64,000 nucleotides of DNA from Botryllus schlosseri (lineage: Eukaryota): positions 3,226,001 through 3,290,000 of the forward strand of contig CM119372.1 in the NCBI GenBank assembly GCA_051294905.1. Direction: 5' to 3'. Positions within the stretch are counted from its first letter, which is position 1. Every line of letters begins with the position of its first letter. Under the pieces are notes generated by a model that did no database searches, was not told where the DNA came from, and worked only from the letters and a program-made list of their open reading frames with translations. Made by a program: the position numbers and the translations under genes. Shown here piece by piece: positions 22,509 to 35,628 of the stretch.

Positions 22509-23804
22509 CTGTAAACCGGGGTAACATTGGACAATTCTCAACAATTCCGCTTTGTATCTTGGAAATGCTAGGGTGTAGGGGAGGCAAGTTTTGTGTTTTT
22601 TTGGAGTCATGGAGCAGAGATTAGAATTAACTAATCCAAAATCTTCATGGTCATAAATAAGTACCTTATTTTTGTAAATTATCCGTGTCCAAAGTTACCC
22701 CTGCATGTGGGGTAACTTTGGACAATGTAGTTTTTTGCATGCCTTTACCCTCTATTGTTTATGAAACCTCGTAAATGAGGCTTATTTGGCAAGAGTTGAT
22801 GAGAGCAGTGACTAAAACTGAAACAAAATAGTATATGTCTGGCCTATTGCATGATTTTTACCTAATCCCCCCCCCCCCCCAAAAAAAAAATAGGTAGTTT
22901 ATGAAGGCTAATGCCCCCTTATTCATCCCTTTACTCAATTTTCCCTCATGCCTTCGCCAATTGGGACTTATATTAACGTATGGTGACAATGGGGTGTCCC
23001 ACTGGCAGTGTCAGCAATCGACAGCAAACATTAAGTATGTTAGCGTGATTTATTGCCGATTTCGAATATATTACTGTTCTAGAAAAGATATATTTTCCCT
23101 TTCCTATGTCCTCTGATGGATATATTTGTCGTAATTTACGATATCCCATATTCAGCAGGCACATCTTTAGGAGTATGTGATAAGTTTTTCAAGTAGCTTA
23201 CACCCAATTATAGTCTCTCAGCTCATTGCCTACCCATTTTTTCATATTTTGGCAAACTCTTAATTTATTAACCTCCTCATTCCATTTCAAGAAGCCATCA
23301 AGCCGGTCATAAGGAATATAGTTGACGATACCCTTTGACACAGATGAAGCAGCCACTTTCCAGAGCTCTAAATATCACATTTGTCACTGTCCAAAGTTGC
23401 CCCGTTCTGATAAAATTTGACGGGGTAACTTTGGACATCACATTTTCTTGTATTGATCTAAGGGTGAGCCCACTGAGATTTTGGCCATGGATTAAGACTA
23501 CTTACAGGTATCTGATGCCAACTTTTGAATCTATGAATCACATGCTATCTATGTTTGGCTGTAAGAAGTTTATTGGTCATCAATTTTGACGAAATTGACC
23601 CCCTCCATTAATTTATCGATGTTGGGTCAAGTTTATCTGGTAGTGAAATGAATCCACCTTTTATAGAGACTACTTGTAGTACTGTTGCCTCATGAAAAAG
23701 AATTGGACATCCAGCGGCAACCCTTTTTCATCAATAACCATTTAAATCTTTTACTGCTTAGTGTCCAAAGTTTCCCTTAAGTCCAAAGTTACCCCGGTTT
23801 ACGG
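22509..23804. mobile_element. Tc1/mariner-pogo-type non-autonomous transposon in CHMP5 intron 3
   Basis: TIRs CTGTAAACCGGGGTAACATTGGAC ... GTCCAAAGTTACCCCGGTTTACGG, TA at the left flank, and internal copies of the GTCCAAAGTT motif. Confidence 0.75.
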
Positions 23805-24069
23805 GTATTTAAACTTCAATTTGAGTATCAACGTTGACTACTTTGATCCCCTCTCTGTTGGTTAACCACTGTTGGTATATCTTGGTAGTACATAGGTTAA
23901 ACCTCTTCAGGTATTTGATATATTTTTAATATCATGAATTTGCAAAGTGTGATATTCTGCACAATTGACACAGTTGTGAATCCCGATCGCACATTTCTTC
24001 AAAGATTCTTGCTTAATGATTTTTTTGCTGCGTTAAGTCGTTTTCATAACATGATGTAATTCTATGCAG

Positions 24070-24178
24070 GATCTTCAAGATGACTTGACAGATATGCTTG
24101 AAATGGCGGACGAAATTAACGAGTCACTCGGGAGGAATTATGCGATGCCTGATGTCGATGAGGAAGATCTGGAAGCCG
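24070..24178 (+). CDS. CHMP5: CHMP5 coding exon 4
   Basis: cag|DLQDDLTDMLEMADEINESLGRNYAMPDVDEEDLEA|gtgagt. Confidence 0.95.
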
Positions 24179-24804
24179 GTGAGTGGGTCAAGTTTGCTTT
24201 GAGTAGGTAATGCGTCGCCTGCAAAATCTTTGTTTTGGCAGGGATGTCATGGCACTGATGCTTTATAAAAGTGTTTTTTTTTGACACGCCCCCCTTTGTC
24301 ACGGTCAAAAAGTTTGCGCCCCCCTTATTGTGATATCAAAAATAATGAAGAGAGCGATCAGTACGCTAGCAATCCCAACTGCGGCTTTGCGCCCTCCTTC
24401 AGGGGCTTTCACGCCCCCCAGTTTGAGAACCACTTCTTTCTAATGAGGTATTGATTGAAATTCATATATGTGAGGTCAAATTCGATGTGGAGCTTCTCGT
24501 ACCATATAGGCCGGTGCTCTTCAGCCACTAGTACCGCTATGAAAAGTTATACAATGGTACAACACAAATTTGTCACACTAAACCAGGGGTAGCCAACCTT
24601 TTTGCTATTCACAGCCGCATTTCGACCACTCATGTAGCCTAGACCGCATTCCAGGGCATAGTCATAATGAACTGCACGCCAAATACCCATGTAAAACTGT
24701 CCATGTCCATTTCCGGTTCCATCACCACCTTCAAAGCATCTCGATGGTGCAGGCGAAGAAAATATCGCTCTCTCTCTGTTATCGAGATGTTATTACATAT
24801 TCAG

Positions 24805-24914
24805 AATTTGATGCGCTCGGTGACGACTTTCTTGCGGATGAGGACACATCATATTTGGACGAAGCGTCGTCTGCTCCAGAAGTACCGGAAAACGAACCCA
24901 TTGGCGCTAAGTCT
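24805..24914 (+). CDS. CHMP5: CHMP5 coding exon 5
   Basis: cag|[37 protein letters not shown]|gtatgt. Confidence 0.93.
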
Positions 24915-25304
24915 GTATGTATCTTGCCTGAAATTTCAAAGCCATGTTCAATAGGCCTATGATAATACCGCAACACGGTTGCCATTTGAATGATGCTATC
25001 GCGATTTCTTCATCAAATCCTACCGCGAAATATCATGAAACTTTTCTCGATAATGAATTAGGCATACTGCATGACTATTGACTTTTTTTGTCGACTTTGT
25101 CGACACTATTCATCCACTGTCAGTCACTGATGCATTGTTGAATTCGGCTAGCTTCTTCACCACTCACCCGACGCAGAAAGCTCACGAAAGTAATTCCTAT
25201 GTGTTAACCATGCTACTCTGGCCAATGAAGTTGCGATCTCCTCTTTTCATCGTGCATTGTACTGCAGTATGTGCGACGCATGATTATTATATCAATATTT
25301 TCAG

Positions 25305-25355
25305 GAGGGTGGCGTTGCAGTCGACGAATTCGGACTCCCGCAGATACCGTCGTAG
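25305..25355 (+). CDS. CHMP5: CHMP5 coding exon 6 (terminal)
   Basis: cag|EGGVAVDEFGLPQIPS-TAG with the conserved VDEFGLP end. The six exons sum to 657 nt (218 aa plus stop). Confidence 0.95.
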   Translation, partial: EGGVAVDEFGLPQIPS

Positions 25356-26652
25356 GAATCGGTGCCGGTTACGGATTGATTCCACTCCTTTGTACAATCT
25401 CGATGCACTTTTTTCTCAAGACAAGTATAGACTGGAACTGCAGAATGCGAACTCGGACGCGCGTTGACTTGCTTTGCCACATCTGATCTGGACTATTGCC
25501 TGACAGATGGTATCAAGTCGATGTCGCCATTCGAGCTCAAAATATCAGCTGTTTTTGCTGCGGTACGAAATCGTAGTAGGTAGTCAGAGAACTATAATCC
25601 ACGACAGCTGAACTTGGAATATTGATGTATTTCTGATGGCTTACAGCTGTCCAGATAGACCCTGTCTAGTTTATTTCATGTCCAAGCATAGCAACGGCTG
25701 TAAAGCTGTTCAAATACTTGCTCTGAAGTTTTGAAATTGTGCCTTGAGCTAGATGTGATATCTTTTGAACGCAGGCTGAATATGTCATGGATATCGGTGA
25801 AGACCTAGTTATCGTTTACGTCCCAAAAATCCGATATCAGTCGGGTATGAGAGAGATGCTGCAAATACTCTGTCTCTGATCAGTATAAAGTCTTTTGGAC
25901 CTTCTCAGTCATTTTTGTTGTGTTTGTGTGCGCACTGCACACGGTCACAATATTTCGTGAGCTTTTGGCGTGTGATGGATTGCATCATGATTAATAACCC
26001 GACTTTGAACGTCGCATTTAGGGATCTCATGCGTTTTCTGACCGCATGGGTGTAATTTGCGATGTAGTGGCGGTCACGAATTGATCGCATGCTTTCTGTA
26101 CTGGTTTGCTTGTGAGTTATATAGTAATTCCGTAAATATATGTATTTGGCATATAGAAATCGGTCTGGCGTGGAAGGGAGGCTGCCGTAGACAGAGACAC
26201 ATTCCAGACATGATACTTGAGTGTTGGACAGACTTGAGCACGCTCCAGATGTAGATGTTTGGGTTTCATTTCGATGGGAATTTTTCCGTCTCTCCGAATT
26301 CTCCATACAAGTGCAATTTACATATCTGAAGCTTTGTGAACTCTACCATATATCGTCTCCAAGATCTTAAAAAATGAATAACGTCATTTGAGCCAGATAA
26401 GTATACTATACAATACTATAGGGAATTGTAAGACTAAGAATTCAATACTTCGTTCCAGTCAGTTTCTTACCAACGTTTTTCGGAGATAATATCAAATCAA
26501 ATAACAGAAACAGCTCTCGATAAGTAGTGGTATCTAGGACGGAGCGAATCGCCTGAAAATCCGCATCAAGATGATATTCGCAAATAAATACATACGGTAA
26601 CACATATACCGCCGTTTACTGCCGCAAACAACCGAAATCAATAACTCCAGTC

Positions 26653-28179
26653 CAGAGGTTCTCAAAGGGTGGGCCACAGAGCATTTTGAGGTGGGCCACA
26701 ACCACAAGGCTATTTAGAAAATTTTAGAATAAATGCAAGTTAAATTTTATTTGTTATGTTAAACGCTAGAAATACATTCATAAACTTTTCATCCGACTTT
26801 GATTAGACGTAGTGGCACGTATGGAGTCAGCATGTACTTGTACAAGTCGAAAACGGGAGAGACAAACAGAGACTTTTTCCACTGGCTATGACAACCTACG
26901 GCTAACAGCAACTAAAGTAATTTCGAGTAGGCCTATATGATAGCTGAAAGGTAGTGCGGAAGTAACCAAGTAGTCCGGCAGGGTCATATGTCGAATACGC
27001 AGGCGCCGTTGAAAGGGGGTGCAATAAACGCGGAATGAAGTGTAATTGATGTATAGATTCACTGTACTTCGGCAGGTCGTATTATTGTAAGACAAAAATA
27101 GCCATAATTGAAAATTATTGACAACTTCTGGTGAAGGTATAATGCACCACCGCAACGAATCGTAATTGATTGAGGATTTAGCGGAGCGCATTAATCTTTG
27201 AAGTCGGTTTAAAATGTCCGGCCTGGAAATCATTGAACATAATGTATGAGTCTCATGAATTGATTGTATCATTGGATTGAATATTCTGACATTGCAACTT
27301 CAGTTGGTTTGGTACAAGACATACAATGTACATTGTACCGCATGCATATTAAACAACTCTTTCTCCACTTCTCTGTAGTACTAGCACCCCATTCATTAAT
27401 GAATTGTTTCCAGCAGGCCAAGAATGATTATATTATTCCCACAATAGTGGAACGAGAACCCTAATCACACAGTGGATGCGGGGATATTATCATAGCGTTT
27501 CGCGACGCGAATGGAGCAGCGGACGATCATAATATACACAGGAGTTTTAGCCTATGACCTACGAGGGCCGTAACTGTCGCACCCAAACCCCCAATTGGGG
27601 GAGCTCGAAGGGGCCCACGATTATTTCGTTGGTCGTTTGTTGGAGGATATTTATTCAACTCGAAAATTTTCATGTCCCTAGGATTCTAGATTTAAATATC
27701 ATCGTAAGGCGATTTTTTTTTTACATGTCAAAAAAAGTCAAAATTAGGTCAAAATTGTAGCGTTAGTTAAAATTTGTCTGTTTTTGAGTCAAAAACGTTT
27801 TTTCAGGCCAATCTACTTTGTAAGGACAGACAGTTCCATCCAGAAATGAAGAAAGTAGTTCAATTTTAACATTATGTGCGAAAACACCTAATTTGCATAC
27901 GTGAGGTCAACATTTGGTCAAATTTCAGTTTTTTTCGGTCAAAAAAAGTCAAAATTTAGATTTTTTAGGTCAAAATCACCTGTTTTTTAGGTAAAAAAAA
28001 AATCGCCCTAATCATCAGTAAATTAACAGAAAAATGCTCATATTTTAGATAAATAGGCATATCGGCGTCGTCGACTACCACGCATTGGACAGAATTATGA
28101 CTCCAAGATAAGAGGTGGTCCACAGCACATTTTCAAACCGGAAAATGGGCCACGGCCAAGAAAGGGCTGAGAACCCCTG
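26653..28179 (+). mobile_element. hAT-like MITE carrying a nested insertion
   Basis: TIRs CAGAGGTTCTCA ... TGAGAACCCCTG; homologous to 10310-11030. Confidence 0.7.
27705..28010 (+). mobile_element. hAT MITE (TAAGGCGATTTT TIR), nested
   Basis: TIRs TAAGGCGATTTTT...AAAAATCGCCCTA; TSD ATCATC(A)G; the empty site is visible at ~10919. Confidence 0.85.
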
Positions 28180-28889
28180 GCCTAGGCTAAGGTGGGTGTC
28201 TGATCTTAAAGGCTACTTCAAGTTGTTTCGACTCCTTCCTATATTTTCATTGTATCGCAGTCTTGTGATGTTTGGAAATGATGAAAATATTAATAAAAAT
28301 ATAAAAACTGATTCATATTCGACGATTCTGAAATTGGGCTTCACTTGGGCTCAAATACGTCGCCAAATTATTCAATTCCACTTGCCACGCTCACCTAATC
28401 AGTTAGCATACCTTGACCGCTTCTGATCAGACCATAGTCAATGTAGGATTATGTGTCGTCGGGAAGTTGAGTCATTTCTGATTAAGTGATTAGTGTCCGA
28501 AAGAATTTTCCTGGCAGGCACGATAAGGAGCTACTGTAGCCTTATGAGCTCGTTTAGCTCACAGAATAGTGAGTCGATGCTTCAAATCATGATTATGTGA
28601 ATAGTGAGCGCTGGTGCGACTTCGAGTTATGATCGCAATTTTGAGTTTTAAGAGACGGGAGTTGCATAAACATTGGTCGGACTTAACCCGTCCCTCACTT
28701 CTTGCACCTGGGCTGCTCGAAATCCAACACACTCTACCTATATTGTAACTCGATTTATGTCTCAAGTCTGTCAAATGAGCTCCTGAACGTTTCGTCCTGA
28801 CTTCAAACATCGATGCAATACTAAACTTCGTTCGAAGCCACGTATACAGTGCTAATCTTTTCTATAATAACATAGTTAGGCTACCTATG

Positions 28890-29280
28890 TGATCATCATC
28901 ATCATCATCATTGGTTTATTAGCAATTTTATCAGTTCAATACACCACAAAAAATGCGATACAATGAAAAGAAACGGAAGATGTCGAAGCGACTAGGAGTT
29001 GTCTATGGAATCAGATACCCACCTTGGCCTAGGCGATGTAAAGAGGAGGCATGCACACTGAATGAAAGTAAAGAAGATAGTATAGAAAAAGGAAGCGACA
29101 AGAAATAGGGCGGCATGTCATAGGAAGCGAGATCGATAGGTCAGTCGTGGTCCGGTAATCTTGAGGATGGACTGTATTTATTTAGTAGTAATTGCTTGTA
29201 TTTCGACTTGAATGTGGACATGCTCGTCGACTGCCGGATGGCCGGCGGGATACTGTTCCACTGATCTGTGTATAACCACT
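28890..29280 (-). mobile_element. L2/CR1-group LINE 3' fragment
   Basis: Minus-strand WNSIPPAIRQSTSMSTFKSKYKQ remnant, shared 3' UTR and (ATG)n tail. Confidence 0.65.
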
Positions 29281-29498
29281 AACCAGTGCGAGGTACAAAC
29301 TCCACTCCGTTTCAACAAGTGTTATATTTAATATTTCCAACATTGCATCAATTATTATTTGCAGTTTCACAAATGAATAATAATGTCAGAATGTTAGAAT
29401 GTCCTGTGAGATATATCTAATTAAAACGGCCAGAAAATACACATGAAGACTGCATATTCTGCATATGACACGAAAGTTGACTTAAAAAAGATCATAAC

Positions 29499-29868
29499 CA
29501 GGGCGTTTTTTTAAACATGTCAAAATAAGTCAAAATTTTGTCAAAATTGTTGCGTTAGGCAAAAAAATTGTCAAATGTTTACAAAGTCAAAAACTGCAAT
29601 TCTTCATAGGTCCAGATTCCGTAAAAACAGTTTTTCATGTAAAATTTGTCAGTTTCCAAGTCAAATAAGTTTTTTTTCAGGTCAAACTACTTCGTAAAGT
29701 CAGACATTTCCTACCAGAAATGAAGATAAGTAGTACAATTCTAACATTATGTGGGAAAACACCTACTTTACATAATTTGTTCAAAATTGAGTTTTTTAAG
29801 GTAAAAAATGTCAAAATTCTGATTATTTAGGTCAAAATCTTCCTTCTTTATGTAAAAAAATCGCCTTA
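29499..29868 (+). mobile_element. hAT MITE, same family as 27705
   Basis: TIRs CAGGGCGTTTTT...AAAAATCGCCTTA; TSD ATCATAAC/GTCATAAC. Confidence 0.85.
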
Positions 29869-30881
29869 GTCATAACTAAGCAGAAAATGGACGCGCAAAC
29901 CGGTTTTCAGAGCACCTACTCGAAAAAATGACCTTTTTTGAGTCAATTCACCAGCGATCAGGGTTAGATGAATACATTTACCGTATTTATGTCCTATTTT
30001 TTTGATCCGTAAATATTGTGGGGCGAAAATTTGAGTTGAGCTGGAGAAGGTGGTGATTATTCGAACAAGGTCGGGAATCACTGGCATAGACGGTCATATA
30101 TCGTCAAACAGGGGCTTTATGTCTTGTATCAGCAAGGCGATCGAAAGACACCGACCCATCATGATTTACAGATATGCCACACTGCCGTCAGGAATCTTGA
30201 TATATGACCTCTGATTCTCTGGACATTGCAATGCGGCAGGGGGTTGAGGCTTAATCAAGTCAGCCTAATCATGTTCGTGTTCGGTTTGTGGGGCTGCAAC
30301 AGATTTTGACAAATATAAGGTTAATTTTCAGAATCCCTGGAGACCTTGCTGCCATGAAACTAACCCTGTCGAATCAATGGATGTCGACGAGTAACTGTAC
30401 GTTTTTTGCCATCTTTGCCGGCATGGGTCTCTTTCATTCCATCCAAATTGTCGTCCCAGTGCACCCGAGGCTTGATCGTGATAGTCACATCCTGTTTGTG
30501 GTCAGGTCGTGGGGCTGCGAGACATCTTGACAAATTTCCTTGAGCACAAAAAATGCATCTTCCATTGTTCAAATCATCCTTGGCCGATGATTGATCCTTA
30601 TCTTTTGGGCCGAACAGTCTGTCCTTGATACCACTCATTGCAGATCTAGCCGTGGCGTAGAAGGCTGGGCCGAATTTATAGCATGCTACCAGCGGCAACA
30701 GCTAAAGGCCGGAGGCGCCATATATCAGGAGCAACGGAAAGTGACGCGTAAAAAGTAAATTCTGGCATCACCTGGAGTCTGTAAGAGTGTTGTTGTTAGC
30801 AACTGAAAATCTGTAAGTAAAATACCATACTAATTACCGCCCTGATTAGAACAGCGGTTATCAAACTATGGCGCGTGAAAC

Positions 30882-31073
30882 CAATGTCCCCTCTAAGCTG
30901 CGCACGTGCGCAAATGCGCAGTGCTGACACGGTCTCTGCGCACAGAAAATCTAAGTTGCGCACAAAAAATCCGAAGTGGTCACCTTTTTTTAGTCGTTAC
31001 GCACTGTTGTCCAAGGTTCTGCGCAGTGAGTTGGTGAGTGTGCCAGACTCGTCAAAAATTAGAGGGAACATTG
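30882..31073. mobile_element. Small MITE
   Basis: TIRs CAATGTCCCCTCTAA ... TTAGAGGGAACATTG; imperfect TSD CGTGAAAC/CGTGCCAC. Confidence 0.65.
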
Positions 31074-31218
31074 CGTGCCACCGTTGGGGGCGTGAAAGCA
31101 TCCGAAGGATGGCGCAAAGCCGGCAGAGAGAAAAAATGATGTTTTTGAACTCGGAATATGCTTAATTATTTCAAGTTTAATTAATATTATATATCCTTTT
31201 ACGTTCGTGTCATATGCC

Positions 31219-31694
31219 CAGGGATGTAATGACTCGAGTCACGATTTTTGGTGACTCGTCTTGACTCGAGTCATTTTTTCAAAAGCGTAAAATGACTCGA
31301 ATCGACTCGAGTCAATTTGGTGTATTGACTCGAATTGTACTCGAGTCGTTGTGCAATGTGCATGACTCGAGACTATGACGGCCAAGACAGACATTTCATT
31401 TTGACTTCGAAGAATACTAAAGTCGCCCATTATTGGTATTTCGTTCATCAGTCCTGGTACTTGGAAATAGGGCCAGAAACTGTTAGGACTGACGAAAATT
31501 ACGATAATATGAATGCGAGCCATTCTATATCACTCGAGCAGAGTTGAAAAAAGTGGGTTGAACAGTGAACACAATTACTTGGACTCGAGTCACAACACTA
31601 TAACTCGGAATCGACCCTCTAGTCGCTGTCTCGTCTTGACTCGAGAGTCAAAACTATAAAAGTGAGATTGACTTGTGACTTGGTTACAACCCTG
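31219..31694. mobile_element. hAT MITE, deletion derivative of the 15839 family
   Basis: TIRs CAGGGATGTAA...TTACAACCCTG; perfect TSD CATATGCC. Confidence 0.9.
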
Positions 31695-31993
31695 CATATG
31701 CCACGCATAATATGCCTTATGGATCTAAGAAATAACGGTTTGAATCGAAAAGGCTGACAATGAGGCCGAAGTATATAGCCTCTTTGCATATAGGCTAGGG
31801 TTGCCATATTTTAGTAAGGCAAATTACGGACACTCTTTAGCGCCCCTTAGCGGATTTTAAAATGAGGTGTAACACATTTGCCGTCAATATGACGTCACAC
31901 TAGCAAAGTATTGCCCATCGAGGAATGAAGTGGAACATAAGTCATGAATTGCGCCATCTGTAATGTGAGCTCTGGTGATTGCTACTTGCTAGG

Positions 31994-32470
31994 TTTAACG
32001 GAGTATATTGGTATAACGCCATTTAAATATTATTCGATAAGGAGTTGGTAAACCTTACGTAATTCCCTGAACTAAAACCTGATAAGACCTTTGTGAGTCG
32101 TATATTTTGTCGTGTGAACGTAGATAACAATTGGTGCAGGTACTCTCTCGAGGCTATGAGAGACGGTCATTCAATTCTTGATATTTCGCTGATTCGGAAG
32201 TCCGTTACTTTGTCGTACGTGATTCAATAAAGTTACAAGTCGTGGAGACAGAAACAAAATATATTCGTCAGTGTGATCCATCGAATACGTGTCCAATAGA
32301 CAGGCTTCGTGGTACGTCAGCTAACAAGGCCGTACGGCGCGGTTACGCCGGTTCGTCGAACGAAAGAAGAAACACGCAGCGAATTGTAAACGCAACCTTC
32401 TTGGAGTCAATAATACATCTTGGAGTCACATATACAATTATACAACTACAAACATTCGCTCTGCGTTAAA
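31994..32470 (+). repeat. 5' LTR
   Basis: Direct repeat of 35152-35628; TTTAACG...CGTTAAA termini; internal AATAAA. Confidence 0.93.
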
Positions 32471-32483
32471 TGGTGACCCCGAC
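32471..32483 (+). promoter_or_regulatory. Primer-binding site complementary to the tRNA-Trp 3' end
   Basis: TGGTGACCCCGAC immediately follows the 5' LTR. Confidence 0.8.
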
Positions 32484-35151
32484 ATTTAATTAATCACGAC
32501 GACCGGCCGACCGAAGACAATATAAAGATTCGCCCTGCACGACGGCGAGAAATAGCAAGACCGAGCAACGGACCACGGAAACGATCAATATAAAGATTCG
32601 CCTTGCACAGCGGCGAGAAAGAGCATTCAGAGAAAACGACGAGACGTTATTGCCAGGAAGAAATGCAGCGGGGTTGTGCTTTCGACGATCAATACGCCGT
32701 AACAAAGACAACAATGAAGAAGACGTCTGCAGTGTCAGAAAATGCTCGGAAATCGCTGAAGTTTAGCAGATGTGCGGACAGTGGTGCTCCAAGCATGCAT
32801 CACACAGATTAGAACAATAAGGTAGATCGATTTTATTCTCTTACACTACGACGTTAGTTGGTTACTGTTATTGGGATATTGGCAAAGTATAGTTTTGTAA
32901 AGTAACTTGCAATCATTGGTTTCTATACCCAGATAGGGGTCGCATTTCCTGCGAGTCAAATCCTCCGCTGCTAGAGCTGTAGGACGCAGGTGCTTATATA
33001 GCATGATGTTTTGATAAGAGATGTGTGCGGGTAAACCCGTGGCAAGAAGGCTACCCTATTTATTCGATGCCATGATGCATCCAATAGCTGAATAGCTTGA
33101 TATGTATGTGTGATGAATAATGATATATTGCAAGCCTGATGAAGAGATATTAGGCCTCTGCCATACGACGATACCCTTATGTTGAGTATATCATTGAGAA
33201 AATATGCACCGCGGTAGTGCATGATAGTTGCAAACATTGCTTTGCATGTAATACAATAAATAGGGCACACTCTCGTTCTGTTGGTATATACCAATGTTAA
33301 ATGCTACGTGATATGAATTAGGAAGTTTCATATCAATTTAGAATAAAATGATTGCAGGTGAATATTCGATTTTTTTTCTACCCATAGCAGTATCTTGCTA
33401 ATTAGTTGTTGTGCGAGTGATATTATCGGTTTTCTGAATGCCTAATGTAATGTATCCTTTAATGTTGCCGTAATATCGTGTATGTGTTGTTTTGAGGTAT
33501 TAAGTGATGTTTGTGTTTTTTTTTTGATCGCCTAGTGTTGTTGATTTGTATTTCAGTAGTCTGCATAAACAGACTGATGTTACCTTCCGCCATTTGATGT
33601 AGATAACGACGCGTTCGATGATGTTTTGCAGCAGTTTCCGCCCGTTGATGCGGACAAAGCTGTACTAAACTCCGCGGTAACGCGTGTGTAGTTTCTTCTG
33701 GTAGTGATGACAGCGAGAGCGGCTGTCCGAGTAGTATTGGTAGCGCGTCTCGAGAGCGTGTATCTGATTGCTTACCTGTTGATGTTTATCGCGTAATTCG
33801 TAGGCGTGAATCCCGCGTGCGCGATAATGCTAAGACCAAAATATCTCGTGATTGCAGAAATATCACCGAGTCAAGTCCAAGATATACGTCCAGAGGGAGA
33901 CGAATTGTTAGACCAAGACATTTGAATGATTACGTGTTGCATTAAATCGCGTAGAATAAAGATATGCGTGATGAGAAATGCCTTGTGCATTAATATGTTG
34001 CATAAATGCAGGATTGCTGCTTCATCGATTGTTGAATCGCGTAAAGTAAAGATATGCGTAGTGAAAAGCGTGATTTGCGCATTGATATATTATGTAAATG
34101 CAGGATTGCTGCATCATGTTGTGACTCCCCGTCGTAGAATGTAACGTGGGATCACCGAAGCTCGTTGCTGAAGTATGCGTTGTAGTAATAAATGTTAGTC
34201 TCGTGTAGGCCCGGTTGTGGTCGCGAACGGTGCGTCATGTTGAGTTGGGCACTGTAGAATGGTTGTTGGATTGTCATAAGCCCTCTGTTGTTACGTAGTC
34301 GCGAAACGAGCAACACGGATTTGGTACGGATGATTGCTGTTCCCGCTGGACGGGTTAACAGTAATGATGAGAAAGTAGAAGAAGTAAGTGAATGACAGTG
34401 AATGGCATGTTCTGTGGGTTTTGAAGCATGATTGCTGGATGAATTATGATGTTGGCCTTGCGTACACGTTGGTGGCATTCGTCAGTGCACATAGACTTTT
34501 TCTGTCTATGACTTGTATTCTAGTTACTTTCGTTGTTGATCTTTATTATTCATGCTCATTACTTTGTTGTTATTGCATGCATGTGATCTTTAATGTCACC
34601 GTTGTCCCGCTTTTGTGCTATTGATATTTTAGTTCTGCATTTGTGTTTAATGACGGTATGTTATTGCAGGCAATGAGATCGTGGTTGTCTCTATGGTATC
34701 GCTTTTGGGCTAATTATTATGTTTCTTTTATTGTATTGATGATATCATGTTAGTGCATGCGAAGTGATCTGTAATGTCACGGTTGTAACGCTTTTGTGAT
34801 GGTTTAATTATGTATTTTATTTCTTTGTTTTGTTTGAGCGCTAACTATTGTTGATCTGAGTTTCAGTTGCCAGTAGGACGGAACGATGATATTGCGAGTC
34901 GATCCGAGATGGTTATGTAAAATAGGGTTTCCGCTTGCCACGCTTGACACGCTTGACACGCTTGCCACGCTGCCACGCTTGTATGGTATTTCGTTTCATT
35001 AGTTTACTTTTGCCCCTGCATATAAAATCGTTTCCTGTCTCCAGTCCCTATGATTAGCCCCAGTCCATATGTTGTATGACCCTAGGTTTGAGATTTTGAC
35101 CAATATACTCGTTTTTTTTGCACCAAGTTATTTTGGTGGGAAGGGGGAACT

Positions 35152-35628
35152 TTTAACGGAGTATATTGGTATAACGCCATTTAAATATTATTCGATAAGG
35201 AGTTGGTAAACCTTACGTAATTCCCTGAACTAAAACCTGATAAGACCTTTGTGAGTCGTATATTTTGTCGTGTGAACGTAGATAACAATTGCTGCAGGTA
35301 CTCTCTCGAGGCTATGAGAGACGGTCATTCAATTCTTGATATTTCGCTGATTCGGAAGTCCGTTACTTTGTCGTACGTGATTCAATAAAGTTACAAGTCG
35401 TGGAGACAGAAACAAAATATATTCGTCAGTGTGATCCATCGAATACGTGTCCAATAGACAGGCTTCGTGGTACGTCAGCTAACAAGGCCGTACGGCGCGG
35501 TTACGCCGGTTCGTCGAACGAAAGAAGAAACACGCAGCGAATTGTAAACGCAACCTTCTTGGAGTCAATAATACATCTTGGAGTCACATATACAATTATA
35601 CAACTACAAACATTCGCTCTGCGTTAAA
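35152..35628 (+). repeat. 3' LTR
   Basis: Direct repeat of the 5' LTR, preceded by the polypurine tract at 35135-35149. Confidence 0.93.

Larger units (their letters stand above)
25905..30768 (-). pseudogene. Decayed multi-exon gene, possibly membrane anchor-KH-Tudor type (AKAP1/TDRKH-like)
   Basis: Frameshifted N-terminus AVAAG..ACYKFGPAFYATAR, KH-like IKIPDGSVAYL, Tudor-like YRA...YIDYG near 28430-28525, many stops. Paralogous to 39750-40680. Confidence 0.3.
31994..35628 (+). mobile_element. Non-autonomous Gypsy-like LTR retrotransposon (3635 bp)
   Basis: 477-bp LTRs at 31994-32470 and 35152-35628 with one mismatch seen. PBS TGGTGACCCCGAC, PPT GGTGGGAAGGGGGAA, TSD CTAGG/GTAGG, and pol-end remnant YTSRGRRIVRPRHLNDYVLH ending at 33945. 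Confidence 0.92.

Noticed and set aside
32242..32469. Identical 75-aa ORFs at 32242 and 35400
   Set aside because: A by-product of the LTR duplication; GTG start and no recognisable domain.
31994..32470. Possibility that the LTR element is a retrozyme with a hammerhead in its LTR
   Set aside because: A minus-strand CTGACGA exists near 32265, but no stem II-GAAA-UH arrangement follows it.
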